From NCBI GenBank assembly GCA_963693365.1, contig CAVNZM010000144.1, positions 1 through 5,001 on the forward strand: a DNA stretch of 5,001 bases, in the 5' to 3' direction. Positions 1 to 5,001 of the stretch are shown piece by piece (positions within the stretch are counted from its first letter, which is position 1; every line of letters begins with the position of its first letter). The stretch comes from Amoebidium appalachense (Eukaryota; Protista; Ichthyosporea). The notes below the pieces were generated by a model. That model made no database searches and was not told the origin of the DNA. It was given only the letters and a program-made list of their open reading frames with translations. A program made the position numbers and the translations under genes.

Positions 1-420
1 CGAATTTGAAAGCTGATGTCAATGTTTCTCAAACGAAAAAATGCACCTGTGGTGCAAAAGCAACAACGTGAACGTTTAAAGTATGCATCTTTGGCACGCA
101 TTTGTAACAAGTTTGACGTTTTTCTTGGCTCAGGCCTATGGCCTCCCGGTGCCAGAACCCGTAAAGTGCAAAATAAGCCATACCAACAAGCATTCCGAGA
201 AATTATTGTAGTCATGGGGTGCGCAAACACTACAAAGTTCTCCGTAAATTGAAGCTCAAAATCGTTGAATGCCTACCATTACTTACTAAGCCACTACCCC
301 GCCAAGAATTTTTCTACGGTTTTTTTGTGATGTGCTTGTTCCCTGTCACGTTAGGGTAAAATGGTGAGAAAAAGAGAGTAACACGTGCAAAACTGACCCT
401 GCGCCAGGCGTTTTTATATG

Positions 421-430
421 ATGACGTCAT
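421..430. promoter_or_regulatory. Perfect CRE/ATF-type palindrome ATGACGTCAT
   Basis: 10-bp palindrome containing TGACGTCA, about 1 kb upstream of the ATG. A single motif match. Confidence 0.25.
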
Positions 431-1084
431 ACAGTACTCTGGTTGGAGCATTTATCGATTCAGGTCGGATCATCAACACCGAACCCTCAGCTTGCCAATG
501 AGCACGAGAGCTGGTCACGACAGGGCCACTTCAACTTATTATGCACAGGCCATGGCGGTCCCATTAGTACATACTGTAATTGTGCAGCTGCAGCCGGCTG
601 CGCATGCAGTGCATGTCTTAGTAGACTTGCAAGCGCAGAAGCTCCGGTGGGCCAAGACTTACTACATACATGCACACTGCTGAGTAGTCAGTATCGGACG
701 ACAGCTGCTAGGCATAAACAAATGCATGCATGCATAAATATTAATATTGTAGCTATGGCACAGAGAATATTACAAATATTTATTCAGCCAATTCAGCGGC
801 CATGCTACCAGTGACAGATTCGATCAGGTATACGTAGGTTGCGTCACGTGCGACTGCAAATTCAACTTGAAAAAAGTGCCGGGTTGCTGGTGGTCAACGC
901 GTGGTGATGTAAGCTTAAGGCAGGTCACTCTGGCCCTCGAGTATCCCCCATGTACATATGTATGTAGGTTGCACCGCTGCTACCTTTGGAGGTATATACA
1001 CTCTTATTTTTCAAGGCTGATCATGACAACAATTTCTTTCCTTCCGAAGCGACTGATCACGCACCAACTCATACCTTGAAAAAC

Positions 1085-1124
1085 AGAGTAGACTTGCTAG
1101 AGTAGACTCGCCAGAGTAGACTTG
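1085..1124. repeat. Short tandem repeat, about 3 x 14 bp (AGAGTAGACTYGCY)
   Basis: Units start at 1085, 1099 and 1113. Confidence 0.85.
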
Positions 1125-1145
1125 TTCATATGGCGGCTGAGGCCA

Positions 1146-1320
1146 CAGTCGCACGTGGCAGGTTGCACCGCTGCCAGACTCTTGAGAGGCCCGGGCCACT
1201 GAGGGCGGCGGGAGGGGGCGGGGGGGGACCGCGGGACTCATTCGTGCAATATCATGATTTTCGCGCCAAAAAATCCCGTTAGACCCGCTTGTGTACAGGA
1301 TATGCACGTGCATTCAGTCA
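1146..1320 (+). promoter_or_regulatory. Putative TATA-less core promoter: E-boxes, GC box, double E2F site, Inr-like element
   Basis: CACGTG at 1152-1157 and 1305-1310 (the latter inside the 12-bp palindrome ATGCACGTGCAT, 1302-1313). GGGGCGGGG at 1215-1223, TTTCGCGCCAAA at 1259-1270 and TCAGTC at 1314-1319. All lie about 95-265 nt upstream of the ATG. Function is inferred from motifs only. Confidence 0.55.
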
Positions 1321-1328
1321 AAGACCAC

Positions 1329-1391
1329 GTAAGACACACCGGCCACCATCCCAGCCAAGGCACCACCACCGCCACGCCTACTAACCGTCAG
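1329..1391 (+). other. Putative 63-nt 5'UTR intron
   Basis: Donor-like GTAAGA at 1329, perfect TACTAAC branch consensus at 1379-1385 and CAG at 1389-1391, ending 23 nt before the ATG. There is no coding constraint to confirm it. Confidence 0.5.
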
Positions 1392-1414
1392 CACTCTCTG
1401 TGCACACCGTGGCC

Positions 1415-1465
1415 ATGAAGAAGCGCTGCGTGGTGCTGGTCAGCGGCAACGGCAGCAACCTGCAG
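1415..1465 (+). CDS. purN: GAR transformylase (phosphoribosylglycinamide formyltransferase), coding exon 1: MKKRCVVLVSGNGSNLQ
   Basis: ATG at 1415 in GCCATG context, with an in-frame TAA upstream at 1382. VVLVSGNGSNLQ matches the PurN/Ade8 N-terminal phosphate-binding loop (E. coli PurN VVLISGNGSNLQ, recalled from memory). Ends at the phase-0 donor CAG|GTGCAG. Confidence 0.93.
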
Positions 1466-1470
1466 GTGCA

Positions 1471-1755
1471 GCCACACACGCACGGCCACACACGCACAGG
1501 GTACACGCACGGCCACACACGCACGGCCACACACGCACAGGGTACACGCACGGCCACACACGCACGGCCACACACGCGCAGGGTACACGCACGGCCGCAC
1601 ACGGACAGGGTACACGCACAGCCACACACGCACAGGGTACACGCACAGCCACACACGCACATGGTACACGCACGGCCACACACGCACAGGGTACACGCAC
1701 ATCCACACACGCACAGGGTACATGCACAGCCACACACGCACAGGGTACACGCACA
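1471..1755. repeat. Higher-order minisatellite: 3 x 41 bp then 6 x 27 bp, built from 14-bp GCCACACACGCACR and 13-bp GGGTACACGCACR subunits
   Basis: GGGTAC subunits at 1499, 1540, 1581, 1608, 1635, 1662 (TGGTAC variant), 1689, 1716 and 1743. Spacings are 41, 41, then 27 six times. Confidence 0.93.
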
Positions 1756-1759
1756 GCCG

Positions 1760-1838
1760 CACACACACACACCCACACCCACACCCAACACATACACACA
1801 CACACACACACACACGCACGCACACACACACACGCACG

Positions 1839-1929
<91 letters not shown>

Positions 1930-1932
1930 ACA
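1760..1932. repeat. (CA)n microsatellite, uninterrupted at about 1843-1927
   Basis: Directly visible dinucleotide tract with a few CG, CC and TA interruptions on the 5' side. Confidence 0.97.
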
Positions 1933-2204
1933 TTCACTTGCACGCGTGTGTACACAAGCGCACACAAGCTTTCACACGCGAAACTCGAGTACCCTTAACA
2001 CGCGAGGCTCTAACCTTATACTTTTTTAGACACGGCATACATGCAAGTGCAAGCGGCCAACAGTCACATGTACGTAGATACAGGCACACGCAAGTGCACT
2101 GAATAGGCGCACACTTGACGCATACGAACAAGGACATGCCGTACACATAACAAGAAACGTGGGCTTATGTACACGCAGGCACCCTAGCGGGCAAATATTC
2201 GCCA

Positions 2205-2250
2205 GGGGGGTTGGGTGGGGTGGGGGGAGGGAGGGGGGGGGGGGGAGGGG
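2205..2250 (+). repeat. G-rich low-complexity tract with G-quadruplex potential
   Basis: More than four closely spaced runs of 3 or more G. Confidence 0.75.
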
Positions 2251-2629
2251 ATACCAGCCACCCCACAGCCCCTTTTCCCCCCAGGTACTCCCATGCAACC
2301 GGACAAGGCACCTGCATGCTGCATTATTGAGCGCCCCCATATAAGCACCGTGTTACGCCCATATGCAACATTGCTGGTGTCTGAAAAAGACCCTTGACCC
2401 ACCTACGTTCAAACGGGGCTGTTGTCTGTTTTAGGTCTGGTACGCAAGGGCAAGGGCTGCAATGGACCCAACAACAGAGGCAGATAAAGGCTAACCCCTT
2501 GAGGATGGGTTCTGCTTTGTTTGCATGCTGCTCGTTGCTGTTGTCGTTGCACAGCCCGTGTTTGCTTTTTTCTTTGTCCTGCACTGTGGTTCTCTGCGTG
2601 GATCGTACTTCACACCGTGTTCCCGATTT

Positions 2630-2712
2630 CCCCCCCCCCCCCCCCCCCCCACAAAAAAAAGAAAAAGAAAAAGAAACAAGAAAGAAAGAAACAAAAAACA
2701 AGGCAGAAAGAA
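2630..2712 (+). repeat. C21 homopolymer followed by an A-rich purine tract
   Basis: C run at 2630-2650, then A(n)G/A(n)C low complexity at 2651-2712. Confidence 0.85.
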
Positions 2713-2751
2713 CGGTGCACACCACCATGCTCACGCTGACATTGTGCACAG

Positions 2752-2805
2752 GCGCTGATCGATGCCAGCCAGGATGGCCGGCTGCCGGTAGACATCGTGC
2801 TGGTG
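2752..2805 (+). CDS. purN: GAR transformylase coding exon 2: ALIDASQDGRLPVDIVLV
   Basis: Acceptor GCTGACattgtgcaCAG| ends at 2751 and the donor is GTG|GTAGGT at 2806; phase 0-0. It continues SNLQ with the family-typical ALIDA. The 18 residues align without gaps to E. coli AIIDACKTNKIKGTVRAV. Confidence 0.9.
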
Positions 2806-2827
2806 GTAGGTGGCCCCAAAACCCAAA

Positions 2828-3012
2828 GAGGGGGGGAGAGGGGGGGGGGGGGGGGGGGGAGATAGCGATCATGGGCACGGTTGGGTGCGCCTGAGGGGGG
2901 GGGGAGGAGGGAAATATGTTGGGCACAAATAGGGGTTGGCCTGAAGGGGTTGGTGGAATGGAGGGGGGAGGGGGGGGGGGGGAATGGGGAAGAAGGGAGG
3001 GGAGGAGGGGAG
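2828..3012 (+). repeat. G-rich low-complexity region including G20 (2840-2859)
   Basis: Many G runs starting about 22 nt downstream of the exon 2 donor. Confidence 0.85.
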
Positions 3013-3030
3013 TTGAGCATGAGCACACAT

Positions 3031-3307
3031 GGCTGGGCCTGAAACAGAGCATGGGCATGCATGGCTGGGCCTGAAACAGAGCAGGCTGGGCCTGAAACAG
3101 AGCATGGGCATGCATGGCTGGGCCTGAAACAGAGCATGGGCATGCATGGCTGGGCCTGAAACAGAGTATGGGCATGCATGGCTGGGCCTGAAACAGAGCA
3201 TGGGCATGAATGGCTGGGCCTGAAACAGAGCATGGGCATGCATGGCTGGGCCTGAAACAGAGCATGGGCATGCATGGCTGGGCCTGAAGCAGAAAACGGG
3301 CATTCAT
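3031..3307. repeat. 32-bp minisatellite GGCTGGGCCTGAAACAGAGCATGGGCATGCAT, 9 units
   Basis: Units start at 3031, 3063 (truncated to 21 bp), 3084, 3116, 3148, 3180, 3212, 3244 and 3276 (diverged). Confidence 0.95.
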
Positions 3308-3327
3308 GGGCTGACCTTGGGCTGCAG

Positions 3328-3406
3328 CTGTCCAATCGCAAGGGGGCGTATGGACTGACCCGGGCAGCCAACGCAAACATCCCCACCCACTACATGGGCC
3401 TCAAAG
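3328..3406 (+). CDS. purN: GAR transformylase coding exon 3: LSNRKGAYGLTRAANANIPTHYMGLK plus 1 nt
   Basis: Acceptor GCTGACcttgggctgCAG| ends at 3327 and the donor is AAAG|GTATGC at 3407 (phase 1). SNxxxAYGLxRAxxxxIPT is the conserved PurN/Ade8 motif. Confidence 0.92.
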
Positions 3407-3446
3407 GTATGCGGCCCATAGTGTGTACTGAGTGGCTGTGGCCCAT

Positions 3447-3807
3447 ATGCACCCATATTGGCCACACACACATGCCCCATGCTTCCATGCACCCATATTG
3501 GCCACACACACATGCCCCATGCTTCCATGCACCCGTATTGGCCACACACACATGCCCCATGCTTCTATGCACCCATATTGGCCACACACATGCCCCATGC
3601 TTCTATGCACCCATATTGGCCACACACATGCCCCATGCTTCTATGCACCCATATTGGCCACACACATGCCCCATGCTTCTATGCACCCATATTGGCCACA
3701 CACATGCCCCATGCTTCTATGCACCCATATTGGCCACACACATGCCCCATGCTTCTATGCACCCATATTGGCCACACACATGCCCCATGCTTCTATGCAC
3801 CCATATT
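3447..3807. repeat. 38/40-bp minisatellite ATGCACCCATATTGGC(CA)4-5TGCCCCATGCTTCY, 9 full units plus a partial unit
   Basis: Units start at 3447, 3487, 3527 (40 bp); 3567, 3605, 3643, 3681, 3719, 3757 (38 bp); partial unit at 3795. Confidence 0.95.
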
Positions 3808-3904
3808 CACACACTTGCTCGTTATGTATGCTTTGACCTCTGCATTGTGTTGTCCGTCATAAATGTGTCATTCGGACAGTGTACCTTAATCTAAAGCCAA
3901 CAAC

Positions 3905-4565
3905 CCCCCCCCCCCGGGAACATCCCCTTCTCCTGCCTGAAAGCTATCGATTGTCGTTACGTACCCAGTATCCTCCCCCCCCCCCCCCCCCCCCCCCCTT
4001 TCGGACTTCTTCCTTAGAGGAAAAGACACACCTCCACCCCCACCCCCCACCCCCCCACCTCCCAACCCATCCACCCACCCACCCACCACCATGCCCACCC
4101 ACCCACCCACCCGCGCATGCACGCACGCACGCACACACCCACCCATCCACGCACACCTGCATACACTCACACACACACTACCATGCACGCACACGTGCAC
4201 ACGCCCGACACAGACACATAAACACACACCACGTACACACACACGCACACACAGGCACATGCGCGTGCGCCCCCGCACACACACACACACACACACAGAG
4301 AGTGGACAGAGAGAGAGACACCCACACCCATCCGCCCATCCACCCAAACCTACCCCCACCTACGCACCCGCCCACCCCCATACCCACCCACACACGCAGA
4401 CACGCACGCACGCGCCCACGCACATGCGCACACACGCACGCCAGCACACGCGCACAGATACACACATGCACACACGCCTGCACACATGCACACACACACA
4501 ACCATGTGCAGACAGGTGCGCACACCTCAACACAGACACGTAAACACACCCACCCACCAAACACA

Positions 4566-4645
<80 letters not shown>

Positions 4646-4711
4646 TACGTATGCGCGCGGGCACACACACACACACACACGCACAGAGAGAGAGAGAGAG
4701 AGACACCCACA
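3905..4711. repeat. Low-complexity block: C runs, (CCCA)n, degenerate CA/CGCA repeats, pure (AC)n at 4569-4640, (AG)n at 4685-4702
   Basis: Directly visible simple-sequence composition. Confidence 0.9.
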
Positions 4712-4933
4712 TGCTGGCACAGACTAACATCACACGTACATACATGCACCAGGTTTTGCATTTCCTTCACCCCCTACCTCCCTCCCCACCTTTCTTTTTT
4801 TCACATATCCCTGGTCCATACCGGCATGGTTCAGGCCACGTCCCTGTCTGCTCGTCTGCTTGGTCTTTGCGTACAGGTGTCTGTAATGAGACCCCCCTTG
4901 CATGCCCTTTTCAATCCAACCTCTTGTCACGTG

Positions 4934-4970
4934 CGCACTGGTGCTGACACTCGCACTGGTGCTGACACTC
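4934..4970. repeat. Exact 18-bp tandem duplication CGCACTGGTGCTGACACT x2
   Basis: Copies at 4934-4951 and 4952-4969; each contains the GCTGAC branch-point motif. Confidence 0.92.
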
Positions 4971-4977
4971 TCCCCAG

Positions 4978-5001
4978 AGTACAAGGATGCAGGCAAGACA
5001 C
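4978..5001 (+). CDS. purN: GAR transformylase coding exon 4, 5' part, truncated by the window edge: (E)YKDAGKT
   Basis: Acceptor GCTGACactctcccCAG| ends at 4977, with the same architecture as the other introns. The phase-1 join G|AG gives Glu, then YKDAGKT, and the final C is compatible with the conserved Arg of the RxxYD helix. Only 24 nt are visible. Confidence 0.75.

Larger units (their letters stand above)
1466..2751 (+). other. Spliceosomal GT-AG intron 1 (1286 nt, phase 0)
   Basis: GT at 1466, branch-point motif GCTGAC at 2735-2740, CAG at 2749-2751. Removing it restores the PurN reading frame. Confidence 0.88.
2806..3327 (+). other. Spliceosomal GT-AG intron 2 (522 nt, phase 0)
   Basis: GTAGGT at 2806, GCTGAC at 3310-3315, CAG at 3325-3327. 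Confidence 0.88.
3407..4977 (+). other. Spliceosomal GT-AG intron 3 (1571 nt, phase 1)
   Basis: GTATGC at 3407, GCTGAC at 4961-4966, CAG at 4975-4977. Confidence 0.75.

Noticed and set aside
16-1079. Upstream ORFs 16-252, 443-814, 492-683 and 867-1079
   Set aside because: No recognisable motif, some have non-ATG starts, and I could not build a convincing exon chain. A neighbouring gene fragment cannot be excluded without a search.
1381-2102. Long ORFs rich in HT/VC dipeptides on both strands
   Set aside because: They are translations of (CA)n and minisatellite DNA, which lacks stop codons. Only 1415-1465 has protein-family signal.
2651-2712. A-rich tract as a retroposon poly(A) tail
   Set aside because: No target-site duplication, Pol III A/B boxes or element body is identifiable upstream.
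2806-2815. Alternative exon 2 donor GTAG|GTGGCC at 2810
   Set aside because: It would be phase 1 and frameshift exon 3. The donor at 2806 gives an ungapped alignment.
3452-3461. CArG-like CCCATATTGG / reverse CCAAT in most intron 3 repeat units
   Set aside because: Only five A/T bases lie between CC and GG, so it is not a canonical CC(A/T)6GG, and its multiplicity is just a result of the array.
3031-3807. CRISPR-like appearance of the 32-40 bp repeats
   Set aside because: The units are head-to-tail with no unique spacers, there are no cas genes, and the context is a eukaryotic intron.
2324-3894. Long repetitive ORFs (350, 258 and 206 aa, among others)
   Set aside because: They arise from the 32-bp and 38/40-bp arrays and G/C runs. 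The only meaningful part is exon 3 inside the 3274-3894 ORF.
3879-4770. Pro/His/Thr-rich ORFs
   Set aside because: These are low-complexity C/CA tracts inside intron 3, open in several frames on both strands.
4841-4947. Alternative acceptor TTTGCGTACAG| at 4876 with a pyrimidine-rich upstream tract
   Set aside because: The phase-1 join gives GVCNETPLACPF..., which has no PurN similarity and hits TGA at 4945-4947. It also lacks the GCTGAC motif.

Overview
Eukaryotic genomic DNA. It holds the promoter and first four coding exons of an intron-split, stand-alone phosphoribosylglycinamide formyltransferase gene (GAR transformylase, PurN/Ade8 family) on the + strand. Exons 1415-1465, 2752-2805, 3328-3406 and 4978-5001 (running off the window) join at GT..AG boundaries into MKKRCVVLVSGNGSNLQ|ALIDASQDGRLPVDIVLV|LSNRKGAYGLTRAANANIPTHYMGLK|EYKDAGKT. 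The ORF track does not show this protein, and its long ORFs are repeat artefacts. The introns (1286, 522 and 1571 nt) are packed with minisatellites, (CA)n tracts and G/C runs. All three end in GCTGAC-N8/9-CAG, a branch point at almost fixed distance from the acceptor, and each carries a 9-unit minisatellite next to a splice site. Upstream lie a GC box, a double E2F-type site (TTTCGCGCCAAA), several CACGTG E-boxes and a probable 63-nt 5'UTR intron. No prokaryotic system, CRISPR array or RNA gene is supported.
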